Assembly (NCBI GenBank): GCA_008632985.1
Contig: QPGO01000331.1
Coordinates: forward strand, 1-53,846
Length of the DNA: 53,846 bases
From: Psammoneis japonica
Lineage: Eukaryota
Direction of reading: 5' to 3'
Below are positions 11,316 to 22,757 of this stretch, in pieces. How positions within the stretch are numbered: position 1 is the first letter of the stretch; every line of letters begins with the position of its first letter. A program made the position numbers and the translations under genes. The notes under the pieces are model-generated. The model did not search any database and was not told the DNA's origin. It saw nothing but the letters and a program-made list of their open reading frames with translations.

Positions 11316-14180
11316 GTGCACCCCCATCAGCGTGAAACTGATGATGATGCGCCAATCCTTGGGGGCGACTTGTCAGCACCTGGCGACCTCGCCGAAAAGT
11401 GCAATGAAACTGCCCAGTTGGAAATGGGAGACAAATGCCGACAAACCCATTGTCAGAGACTTGCACGTTTGGCCAAGTTTTGGAAGGAGAATGACCCTGA
11501 ATGTCATTCTGTTGGCGTTGGAGAGGTTTCTGCTGAAGACCTTTGCGATCCAACTGAGCACTGCTTCAATCGGCACCGAGAAGACCTTGTGCATGCAGGC
11601 ATGAACGACCAGTTTGCATTGCATTTCTCAGCGTCAAACAAGAAGAAGGCCAGTGGAAAGCTCAAGTTGTGTGAAGACATCCAAAAACACAAAGACGCCA
11701 CAATGTGGGGTGCCAAGACGGCAGACGAGCGCTTGCCTGAGAGCTTCCGTGCAATGTTTGATGAGTTCCTCACCGGGTGCAAGAAGGAACATGCTCAAGC
11801 AAGAAAGAGAGGGAATGCAGATGAAAACTCTGCTGATCCTGTTCCCGTTTCCTTGCACAAGCTCATGCTGGAATGGAGCGTGGAAGCCAACAACGTGTTT
11901 GTGTGGTTCTGGACCATTGCCCAGTGGAATTTCATGGCCAGGTCAACATCCACAGATTCCTCACGGATGAAGAATTTCAAACTGAGCATGGACAGCTTGA
12001 CTGGAAAGCATGCAGAAGCAAAGGCCGACAAGTCTGGAGAGAGGCTTTCAGAGAAAAATGTGTGTGCCAACCCACTGGATTGGACGATGTGCTTTTGGAC
12101 GGGCGCGGGTGTTCATTGTGCTCTTTGTGGCGATGAGTTTGTTGGCAACGATGCTCTCTTTTTGGACAAAGGTGTGAAGGAAGGAATGTGCACCACCAAG
12201 CATTGTGAGCAGATTGCTGGAATTTTGCAGGCCCGCTTGGACAAAATCATGAATCACATGGATCCAAGTCGCGTGAATCCGTGTGGCACTCGAAAGGGCT
12301 CGGGGACCCATGCCTTGAATGGGACCACTTCACCCCCGTCAATTCCAGCTGTTGCACGTCGTGGAGAGTGGACTGTCGGGAGTGTCCTTGATTGCCATTG
12401 ACATTTTGGCAGCATTGGCGACCAACATCTTGGACGCATTCTTGCGGTTTGGATCCAAACGATGCATCATTTGACATGCTTCCACCTCATTGGAAGCTTG
12501 CAGATCCGACATCAAATGAAAAAGTGAAACTTGGCATGATGAAAACATTTGGTGAGAATGTGACAAATGAGCACAAGACTTTTGTTCCCACTCTGCTGCG
12601 GTGCTTTGCATGTGTGGTGCATCGTCCCGACTCGCTGATTGAAGTTGTGGTGAGCGTGCCGGGTCATGACTTTTCGAAGCTGTCAATCCTCCATGAAAGG
12701 AGATTTTTGGGGGAGCTGCAATCTCTTGTGACAACAGAGCCTGCAGAAGGGGCATTGACTGTCCCCACTGGGATGCCACCCCATGTCGGCATGGCAAGAC
12801 AACTGTGCGAGTTGACACGCAAAGCCGATTTGATGCTCGCGAATGTGGATTCGCAGACGGAGACGTTGGTGGCGGCAGTGTTGGATGCAACAGATCAAAA
12901 AGCATGGGATTCTGGACATGTGACAAGTGATCGTCTGAAAGGGATGTTCAAAAGTTTTCAGGAGGAGACAATGCAAATGATGCATTCTGAGTTGGATGGT
13001 TTCAAGACTGTTTTGTGGTCCTTCCCTGCGGGCGGCAGCAACATGTGCACAAACGGCCGCATTGGCGCGGCTTCTGATGATGGTCCAGTGGAAACCACCT
13101 TTTGCTGTGACAACAAAACACACATGGTTCCAAAGCAATTTCGTCTTCCATCGGGAACAACAATCAAGGAAGGCCTGAGATTTTGGCTTTCTGGCCAAAC
13201 CGCATCAGCTGATGGTGCAAAGGTTGGACCTTTTTGAGACCTTGTGCCTTCCTCTCTCCCACCAGAGGCAAGGAAGGTTTGTTCTGTTCAGTGGAGTCCT
13301 GTCTTTCGCTTTGTTGAGAATGCACTGTCAGAGCAAGATGAGTCGCTTGGCGCCGACTCGGATTTTGATGACTTGCACGAAAAGTGTGTCGCGTGCTTGA
13401 AGGAGCATGTGCTTGAAGGAGCATGCCTCGCATTGCTTTGCCAAAGGAGATCCCATGGGGTGGAGCCTTGGAACTTGGAGCAACAGGGTGAGTCATTCAA
13501 TGACACCAAAAAGTGGAGCCGAGTCGGACAAAGGATTTTTGAAAGCTGGTGCGAACCGAAACAAACCTCGGCACGCTGCAACTTGAAAGCATGGTCCTCA
13601 CAATGCGAAACATCCAGGTCGCCAATGCAGACGCCTTGAGAATGAAAGCGTGGCAGAATCAAGAGTGGGAGAAGAGGATGCCTTTGCCAAAGCTTTCAGT
13701 GGTGCAGAGGACAGAATGACAGATCCCATGCGTGAGCGAGACGAAGAAATCAGAGCTGAAGCAGAGCGGGAAATGGCGGCAGAACAAGCTCAGCAACAGA
13801 AAGAGCGTGCCCAAACTGGTGATGGAGTGGGCACTGATGGTGCTCTTCTTTGTGCCCATCAGACGAATGGCGTTGAACGGAATTGTGGCAACGACTCGTT
13901 TTCGGCACGAGTGTCGCATGGCAAAAAAGTTGGTCATGCGATTGACTCCGATTCTGCTGGTGCTGGTGTTGGCATGGGCAAGGCGGGGACCAAACCAACT
14001 CAACCTGGTGTGTGTCCAATTGTTGGATGTACTTGCTTTCGCACCGTTCCTGATCACAAGTGCAAAAACAAGAGCTGCAACAAGTGCGTCCACTGCTTGT
14101 GTGCGCAACGTTGCAGCTTGACGAGTGCAAGCAATGAACTGAGCGTGCATTGTTCAATTGCATGCAAAGGCAGTGATTGG
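11316..14180 (+). pseudogene. Crypton (stramenopile-type) tyrosine-recombinase transposon relic with C-terminal Cys-rich zinc-finger-like region
   Basis: Motifs QWNFMARS, KADKSGE...EKNVCANP, NPCGTRKGSGTHA (cf. HSxRKG), RRGEWTVGSVLDCH*HFGSIGDQHLGRIL, GLDP..ASFDMLPPHW and HMVPKQFRLP...WLSG...GPF, typical of oomycete/diatom Cryptons. Disrupted by TGA stops at 12399 and 13235, a frameshift near 12447 and a 16-bp tandem duplication at 13393-13424. Confidence 0.8.
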
Positions 14181-14464
14181 ACGTTTTGTCATCAGTCAGC
14201 ACAGTGTCATCATTGCATTTTACTTTTGCAAGAGCAACCGAAGAAGTGGTCCAAGAGGTGCAGCGAGCGGCCCACTCTTGCGCAGGTGGTGAAGCCAACG
14301 GTGATGGTGAGGGGAACGACAGTGAAATTGGACACGCCACTCCATCTTATGATCAGCGGCACTGGACAGTTTAGTTAAAAGTGTTCAGCATTGTCAAAAA
14401 TGCTTTGATCGTTCACTCTGTTGTCAATGCGCCTGCCCAACTTGTGCCAGTTCTGAGAGTGTTT

Positions 14465-15175
14465 TTTGGACAAAACAGAAATCCACAATTCTCAACAACA
14501 CACAACGAGACCAACCCAGCAGGATGCATTGTGCAATTGCTCCCAACATTGAAAAAGAAACAGAGAAATCGGTGCAAGCATCATTGAGACATCATGTCGT
14601 AAAGTGGGACACCGGCACGGCGGCACGCATCATTGTGCTGCTGCAGTTTCTTGCGTGTAACTTTGAAACACATGTTCAACGATGTGTGTCGGCAATGCCA
14701 GCAATGAACTTGTTCATTCTGTTGTTGTAATTTTTGGTTTAGACATCTTTAAAAAACATTTGACAATGACATCACAAAAGAATCACAGTCAACGGAAATT
14801 AACGCCAATCGCATCAGACGCTTGTTGCGCGATTTTGCGGCCCGCATGTGGGCCGCAAAAATCTCATCGCAAATTTTTGCGGCCCGCATGTGGGTCGCAA
14901 ATTCTTAAAATGACGCTTGTCTCGGAATGCGCACGCAAAACTTGCATCGCCGACATCCATCGTTGCACACGTGCATTTCTCAGTGGCACGCAACAAACTG
15001 CAGCAGCACAATGGTGCCCACCGCCGGTCTCCCACTTTACGGTGTGATGTCTCAATGATCCTCACACCGATTTCCCCGTTTCTTTCATCAATGTTGGGAG
15101 GGAATGCACAATGCATCTAAATGGGTTGGCCCCATCTTCTGTCATTGAGAATTGTGGATTTCTGTTTTGTTCGAA
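14465..15175. repeat. Long imperfect inverted repeat (arms ~14465-14700 and ~14945-15175)
   Basis: ACAAAACAGAAATCCACAATTCTCAA (~14470) is mirrored at ~15146-15171. TCATTGAGACATCA, GTAAAGTGGGA and CATTGTGCTGCTGCAGTTT are all mirrored in the right arm. Confidence 0.85.
14831..14903. repeat. Two tandem GC-rich palindromes TTTTGCGGCCC-GCATGT-GGGCCGCAAAA
   Basis: Copies at 14831-14863 and 14874-14903, between the arms of the long inverted repeat. A half-site occurs at 16083-16093. Confidence 0.9.
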
Positions 15176-16096
15176 ACCACACAGAATTTTCAAATTTGGA
15201 AAAGCACAAAATGACGGAATGAGCACCAATTTACAAACACTGCACAAACAGTTGTTCTTTTGTGACATGCCAAAACAGACAAAACATGGTTGTGCGGAAT
15301 GTGGTTTCCAATGGCAGTTGCTTGGCTGCTGATCTAGTCTAGTTCCTCAACCGTGATGACAGATTGCCGCGCCAGCTTTTTTGTGGAGTCAACAGAGCGG
15401 CTGTTGCTGACACGCATTCAGCAACAATGAGCTGCGGATCTCGTGCCTCAACTGTGATGCAATGAATTGCAGACATGCCAGCTTTGAAAGGAGCAAACAC
15501 TTTCTTTCAATCTCTGCCAATGCCAACTTGTGTCCTCCTGCAACAGTTCCGTCGCCGCGGCGCCTGACCTCTCCTTTGTCTGCGCCCATCATGTTTTCTT
15601 GATGCTTTCCCAAATTGATCACATGGGCATGGGCAATGACCTTGAATCGTGCTCGAGCTCTCTTGGCCATTGGCAACTCCACAGGAAGACTTGGAGGGGG
15701 GGCATGCACGGGTGCAGATGGTGCTTCGGCAGTGGACTGCGACACCGGATTTCGCGGCATGTCTTGAACAGGCGAAAAAGGCATGTCCGTTCCCGCTGCA
15801 AGCAATGCTGACACATCTGGCACTTCTCTGACGATGTTGTCAGGCGTCCGAGATTGCTGGAGTGAACATCCTTCACTGGTGTGGCCCGCCGCAGGGTCCG
15901 CCATGGTGGAGGGAGAAATCGGCGAAAAAGTGCGCGAAAATGCGCGCACATTTTAGAGGCTACGACAACAACCACTGGGACTTTTTTGACAGATGAAGTG
16001 TCGATTCCTGTGTTTTCGGGCATGGAGAATTCGACTGTGGGGTCAATTCATCGATTGTCTGTGTCATTGAAGATTTGAAAAAATTTGCGGCCCATG

Positions 16097-16414
16097 CTGC
16101 AAATTGCAAAACAATTGCGCGATGCACGTGCCCGAAGGTCGAATGTCGTTGCCCGAAGCAACATTCCTCCTTCGCGCAGATGTCCATTCTACATGGTGTG
16201 TGGTGTTGAAAATCTCGCTGTAGTCGCATGAGTCGTTGAAGTAATTTCATCAATGACCTCTGTTTTGCTGTGCTGCGTGATCTACACAAATCGGACATTC
16301 TCGAATGCTGGTATATTTTCTACGGTCTCTACGTGCGCGAAGCTCGAATTTCGTGCCCGAAGCAACAATCACCCTTCGGGCACGTGTGTCGCGCAATTGT
16401 TCAGCAATTCGCAG
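16097..16414. repeat. ~42-bp inverted repeat, possibly the subterminal structure of an unclassified element
   Basis: 16111-16138 ACAATTGCGCGATGCACGTGCCCGAAGG versus 16373-16400 CCTTCGGGCACGTGTGTCGCGCAATTGT. The direct repeat GCCCGAAGCAACA also occurs at ~16151 and ~16355. Confidence 0.8.
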
Positions 16415-17056
16415 TACGTACATGCCACTTCGTGTTGCTGTAGTCACGTGAGAGGCTTTATATTTTATATCCATTAACGAGTGAATCAATCCCGCAAATA
16501 CAGCTATTTAGGTACGGTAGGCAGACATAGAGAGTAGGAACTACCAGCGCAGCTCGGAGGCTGAGGAGGTTCCTACTAACTGTATGAATACAGTGTGGTA
16601 CCGCACGTCGAGCGCGCTACCGGTATGTAGGCCCTAGGCCCTAATCAAGTTTCGTTTTGTTTAGCTCTCTCTACTCTATGCGCTAGAGCTAGAGTAGAGA
16701 GTAGACTAGCTACTAGCAGTGCCTAGAGTTAGCTACCTGGTACGGTAAGTACGGCAGCGCTGTAGTTTAGTTCCTTACTTGAGCGAGAAAGATAAATAAG
16801 AAGATTTAGGTAAGGTAGTTAGTCGCACTGGCTTTTGGCTCGGCACCAGGTGCTGCTTGCAGCAATGATGCCATTGCGCAATGGTGGCAAACATTTTAGA
16901 CTGGTTCACTCCGGAGATGGCGTCCGGAGTGGAAACGGAGAGTGGAAGTTTCAGAGCCGGCACCAGGATTTTGTGCTTAGTCCAAGGCCTCCCTGAAAAA
17001 CATAAACTAGATTGCTGGCGTCACTGGTTTCATTCATTTACAGCAAAAACGACATA

Positions 17057-20000
17057 TTAATGCGGAATCCCGCCAGGCGGCGGCCACTCCCACACACTCT
17101 TATTCGTTTTAGTGTCAAAGAAATACCAACGTTTCTGACTCTTTGACCACACACAAATCCAGCCCTGAGGCAAGTCCACTTGGGGCTTTTTCTCTTGCAT
17201 CTGCATGTCCGGAAGTGAAGTGAGGGATTCGGTTTTCTTGGGCTTCGGAGGAGGCGGAGGAAAGCTGGGCTTCTGACGCTTGGCTGCGGATTGCTCTAGC
17301 AAAGGCGGTGCTTGTTTCGCTGTCGGGGGTGGCGGCGGTGGCGGTGGTCTTCCTGAAGGAGGAGGTGGCTTTCGATGCTGAGGAGGTGGCGGTGGAACCG
17401 GCCGCGCCGTCACCTTCTTATCGCATGGTCCAGATTGCCTCCTCTGCACTGCACCTTCGTGAGTCTCGGTAGCTGCCCTTTGCCGTTTCGATGCAGGATT
17501 GCGCTCGGGTGTGGACTCCCTCTCGCGTTTCCTTGATGAGCCCTCATCGGAGTGTACATGCGAGCTACGCTTTCTGGCCGGCGGCAGTGCGTCCGCAAAG
17601 ATAGCTTCCCCTTCCCCCTCCGCCGACGAGAACGTGTCATGAGGAGGCGAACCGGGTGATCTACGAGGATCTGCCTCCTCTTTCTCATGCTGTAGTGGTG
17701 GCCTTTGATTTGAGAAGATATCGGGAACAAGTGAATCGCCCCTCTTATCTTTGTAGGGATTACCAAAATTGACCATTAGCCGTGATCGTACTCTAGTTTG
17801 TACTGAATCCGAGAATTCTCCAGTCTTCAAATCGAAAAATGAGAGAGGCATAGCATCATCATCAACAGACCAAATCGGGGAGCCATCCGGCGCCGTCGTC
17901 GCCGCTGAGCCAGATGAATCGTTAGAGCCGTAGCCCACCACCGGAGCCCTGGACCAAAGCAGTCGCTCTCTAAAGTCGCCCATGCGCGTGGTTCTTGTCT
18001 GGTTCAGAGTTGACACACCCACCCCAGCGACAGAAAGCAGAGATTCATCCTTTGCACAGTGATTCGCCTTACAATAATGCGCGTTGCTCCCATCGTTGTT
18101 GACGCCCTCCACATGAAGGCCTCTAGTCGCCAACCCCGATCCCCCGAATATCCATCGCCTTCTAGACTCGTAGTAAGGTATAAGACAAGAGGCTGGAAGG
18201 GCGCCGAGTCTGTAAAACCCATGAAGATGTAGTGAGCAATACATGAAAATATTGCCATTATCTGCAACAGTGAAGAATTCGACTTACACATCGACCGTCG
18301 TGTTCATTTCCCTGCCTTCCACAACACAGGTCGTTGAAGCTACATTGCTCGTAGCATCGCGCGCAGAGCTTTCATTCTTCGGCCTGTTCTTTCCAACCCG
18401 TTGCCGCCCAGCATGCCAGGGTGCAGGCATGTTTCGAATAGCAGCAAGAAAACTACTGGTCGAAGCCCTGGGATCATACCGACCGTAGCCGATCACCACA
18501 TTTGCGGTGCTCTTGAGTTGGCCTCCTCCTACTAGGCGCAACTCTGCCTCCTGTCTTTCGAGCCTCTCGTTCATTTCCTTCGCTGCTTGTTCTCCTCCCC
18601 GAATTTTCTGCAAACATACCTTGGAGAAGCACTGCGACGCAAGAGCTTCAATTCCGTCGGTACTCAACAACGAATGTACACTTGTTGGTAGGATGGAGCG
18701 GAGACAACGCCTCAGTGAGATCTGGTAGTAAGGCGGAACCCGAAAAAGGTAAGCTCTAAACTCAGACCTCCAATGTTCGTCAAGCTGTACAAGTCTCGGG
18801 CCCGTGTTGGTCCCGGTTTGCTTGTGAATAAGCCCGGCGGTCGCCCCACTCCTGTTTGCTGAAGCACTTGAACTCTCTTTCTCACCTGACTTCTTGATGG
18901 CGCGATGTTCTGCTTCCGCGGCTTTCACCAACAGAGGAAGCAAAATATGAGGTTCCGGAGGGAGCAACGTAAGAGTTGATAATCGTGTCGAACCCTGCTT
19001 TGAGGATTCAACATTTTGGAGCGTCGCTGAGTTACGCGGGATGTGCAGGATGCCAATTCCAAGGAAGCTTTCTTCACCTTCTGACAGAGACGACCTACCG
19101 GCTCCTCGAACACAGACTGGAAGATACTCTCGCTGAGCTTTGATTGGCACTCCTCCTTTTCCATCTTGAGCAAGCCACTCACAAATATACGTGTCGCGCA
19201 GGAGTGCCGTTGCTTGGTTTAGATGGCCCGAAGCGATTGGAGAAGGCGATGCATGCCGGTTGGAAACAAGAAGCTGATCTAGTCGATTTATCGCCTTTAT
19301 TACAAGCAAAGGGTCGAACATGCTTGACCCTACCACTTGATAGTGATGTGTATACGCAAGAGACGGCTGCGCCAGACGTGGTGGCAAAGTGTCGAGTTTC
19401 TTGCTCGGGAAAAAAGATTCGGGAATGCAGAAGATTGGTGGGTGGAACGTCTTAGGTTGCGGTCCCAAGGTCGTCTGTACTTGGTTATACGGTACATAAA
19501 GAAGCATTGCTCGGGTGAACTGACGCATGTTCCGCCGAATCAATCGACCGGAAGCAACAGATTGGACCTCCATTAACGAATGAGGCACACATACCCGGCG
19601 CCTGCCTCAAGGGGGCGGTAGTTTGAGACTGTGTCACAGGACGTGGGTCCAGTGGGTCCAGTATCGGGAGAACCGAAGGACGCGGAGGAGCCATAAGCTT
19701 GATCAAGAGCTTCGTCGTTTGAGAAAGCGACGTGGCGGATTTGAGGAGAGTGTGGCACCCCCCTGTGACCTCGCACAGCGCTTTCAGTGATGAATGCAGA
19801 TACTGAGTCGACGATACACCTTCTTTTGCACCAACGCATAAACAGAATATTCTTGGTCCCATCGAAATGGCTCTTTGTAAAACTCTCGAAGATGCGAAGT
19901 CCCAACCTGTAATTGAAGAGAGCCTCCTCCATCAGAGGGTGGCAGTCGCAGACACTCCCCGTCAGTGACCAAGACAAGGCATGCCGGCTGGAGAGCATGA

Positions 20001-20662
20001 ACCGCAGCACCCCCACCTCCGGATGTGCGCATTGCCGGTGATGGCAGCCTTCCCATTCCAAAGTTCTCCGTCGACCGATACTGCAAACGGTATCGTGAAA
20101 GTAAGTGGAGTCCAGCAGAGAGGGCCTTGTTTAATCCAACGGCTCCACCTCCACCTTCCGGAAAAGGCACACGCTGAGGCTGAGCTCCTGCTGTAGCGTT
20201 ACCCGGTGGTTGCCAAACAGCCGCTTGAAGTTGTTTTAGCTCACGGTCAAAGCCCCCCTGGTTACTGGCCTGCATTGTTGCAGAAGCTTGTTCTCCTGGG
20301 TGATCGCTTGTTGACGAGGGATCCATCGAGTCTCCATATCCCACCAATAAACGACCTCCAGCACCACAGGCAGCAGTAACAGGATGCTCGGAATGCTGCC
20401 GACTGGTGGAAAGAAGGAGAAACTGGTCTTGGGAACAGAAACCAAGCCCCAGGTTATGAAGTGAGTTTTGCATTTGCGTCGTCTCCTGCTGCAACAGTAG
20501 GTTATGTTCCATAACCCGTTTATTGAGACCTTTTGCAAGGCTCTCGACTGCCATTTTCGCTAAGTCTAATCGAGACATACCCTTGGAGACTGCCGACGAG
20601 GCCTCTTGGGACACGGGCTTGCTCATGGATGGCGACGTATCGACCACAAACACCACAATCAT
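17057..20662 (-). CDS. INTS6: Integrator complex subunit 6-like (N-terminal VWA) with Pro-rich tail and C-terminal WW domain
   Basis: MIVVFVVDTSPSM...SRLDLAKMAVE, ENFGMGR, LVTDG, KEPFRWDQ, MGDFRERL and NFGNPYK match INTS6 motifs. WW domain LPQGWICVWSKSQKRWYFFDTKTNKSVWEWP. Intron 18210-18287; probable 1-nt indels near 19853 and ~19550. Confidence 0.85.
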
Positions 20663-20999
20663 TTTGATGGCACAACTGCTGGCAAAACGATGAAGTCCAA
20701 ATCCGGTGGGTTTCAGGTTTTAACAGTGACCCCAGCTATTGTAGTCAGGTTTGAACCCTGTCGATCATATCGTCAATTTTCTGCGAACGGTGGTGCCCCG
20801 GGGCGGCCAGTTCATTGCATCAAGCTAGAGAAGTAACAAAGTGCTCAGTCAGTTATGATGTCGAATGTCGCCCATGGCGTGCCGCACTGTACTGCCGGCG
20901 CGGCGCAATCTTGAAGAGTCTGTCCTCGAGAGCTACCGGGCACCGTACCGGCAGCAGCGAGGAGGAGTGTCGTTGAAGGCATTTCAAAGACTCATTACC

Positions 21000-22701
21000 C
21001 TTTCGAAGACGCGGCGGCGGGTGCCACCGGTGTTGTTGAAACACAGGCTGCTTGAGCCTGTGGTTGAAAGGGCTGACCTTCGCTGCGGAAAAATGTTGGC
21101 TCTGCTTTTGGTCATTCTTGTGAAGAGCCAAGAGAAGCCCAGCGCCAATGTGTTTCTTCATTCTGCAGCAGCAGGAGGCAAGCAGCACAGAGAGGGACAA
21201 ACGAGAGTGACAGCTGTGCCAAAGCGTGCAAGTGGTTCGAAACAAGAAGAAAGCCTCACCTCGGGGAGCCCCCCACCAGTTTTCCTGATGCCCTGCCAGC
21301 CAGCCAGCCAGCCAAGGGCAGCCAGGACAAAGAGCACCTCTCTCACACATGAGCGCTGCTGCTGGTGGGCCGACCTCAAGCGGGAGACGTGTGGCGCTGC
21401 CACTGCACGACCACCCCCTCTGTGCTGCCACAGCGGCTGGCACAGTGCGCTGCCTGCCCTTCTGCCACCTGCCGCTGGTCAAAACATGCAGCAATTTTTC
21501 AAGGCCAAAGCCAAGGATCTGCGTTGGAGAACATGAGACAAGGTCACAATGTGGGATTTTGCTGGCCTGCCCAAGTTTCAAGTTCAAGGTCAGTTTGGGC
21601 ACAGAGCTCACAAGGAGAGCTGGTGCTGGCACCAAGCATGCAGCGCACCTGCCACATGGGAGCGCGGCACTCCACCAGCAGCTCTTGACTTTCCCTGCGC
21701 AGCCCTTGTGCAAACACGCGCCACCCAAAGAGCAAGACTGCATTGCCGAGCAAAAGATCACTCCGCCAGGCTCCACAGGTGCCTCCCCACTTCTCAAAAC
21801 TGTCAGAAGCTTTCCAACACATGCTGCGCCAGATTCCCAAACACAGCCAGGCAGTGGTCAAAACATGCGCTCCAGCATGCCGGACAATCTCAAAACATGC
21901 ATGAAGCCCAGGGCACACATTCTTTCTGCGTGCAAGAGCTTTCCCCAGTGTGAACAGTTGCTGTGATGCTGCTGGTCATGGAACAGGGCAGAGTTGCTGC
22001 GCACACTGCTGCCCACCTCCAGCGCAGTGGGCGCCCCAAGTTTTCATCATCTGACTGCCCCAGCGAACCCAACAAGGCCCCAGTCCTGTGACGTGCTGGC
22101 TCCAGCTTCCAAAAGATGCTGCCGCAGATGTGGTGCTTGCCGCTTTCAGAAATCTGCAAGGAATGCCAAGGCCCAAGACTTTCAACCAACCTTGAGATGG
22201 CTGGCAGCAGCAGCACATGTGTGCACACTCTGCTGCAGACAATTTTGACGTGCAGGAAAACCAAACTCATTTTGACTGTGTTCACAGTTTGGGGACAATG
22301 TGCTGGCAACCAAAAGCTTGCCAGCGAGGTGACACCTCTTGCACACAAAACTCACTCAATGCTGCCTTTTTTGTCTTGCTTGGGCAACTTTCATGTGGAG
22401 GCCACCAAGCTTTGGCACTTGCAGGGCCCTGCCACCTGGGCTGTCCTCTTGCACAGCCAAATTGCTGCGCACTGCGCACCATCATCTGACGTGGCATGGC
22501 TGGCTGCCCTTGGTGACAAGCCTTCGCTGCTCGCACCCAGGAAAACGGTGCGGCCATCTGCAGCGAGGTCAACAGCTCAGAAGGCTTGTCAGCCACACGC
22601 CCTTGGACCCATGCCACCCTGTGCGAAAGAGCCACTGGCTGCCATGCGTTGCGCCTTTTGCAATGGCATGGTGTCCTCTGTGACGCAGCAATGATGGGGA
22701 G

Positions 22702-22757
<56 letters not shown>

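Noticed and set aside
11316..13237. Alternative genetic code or selection against Tyr
   Set aside because: TA is missing at all codon positions and in non-coding DNA and the TSD, while adjacent genes use TAT/TAC normally.
14831..14903. CRISPR-like repeat-spacer array
   Set aside because: Only two copies ~10 bp apart, eukaryotic context, no cas genes.
8000..16200. Dense overlapping six-frame ORFs rich in Cys/His (also 21-23 kb and 36-47 kb) as novel genes or antisense coding
   Set aside because: Loss of TA removes TAA/TAG stops in all frames and adds TGY/CAY codons, so long spurious ORFs are expected.
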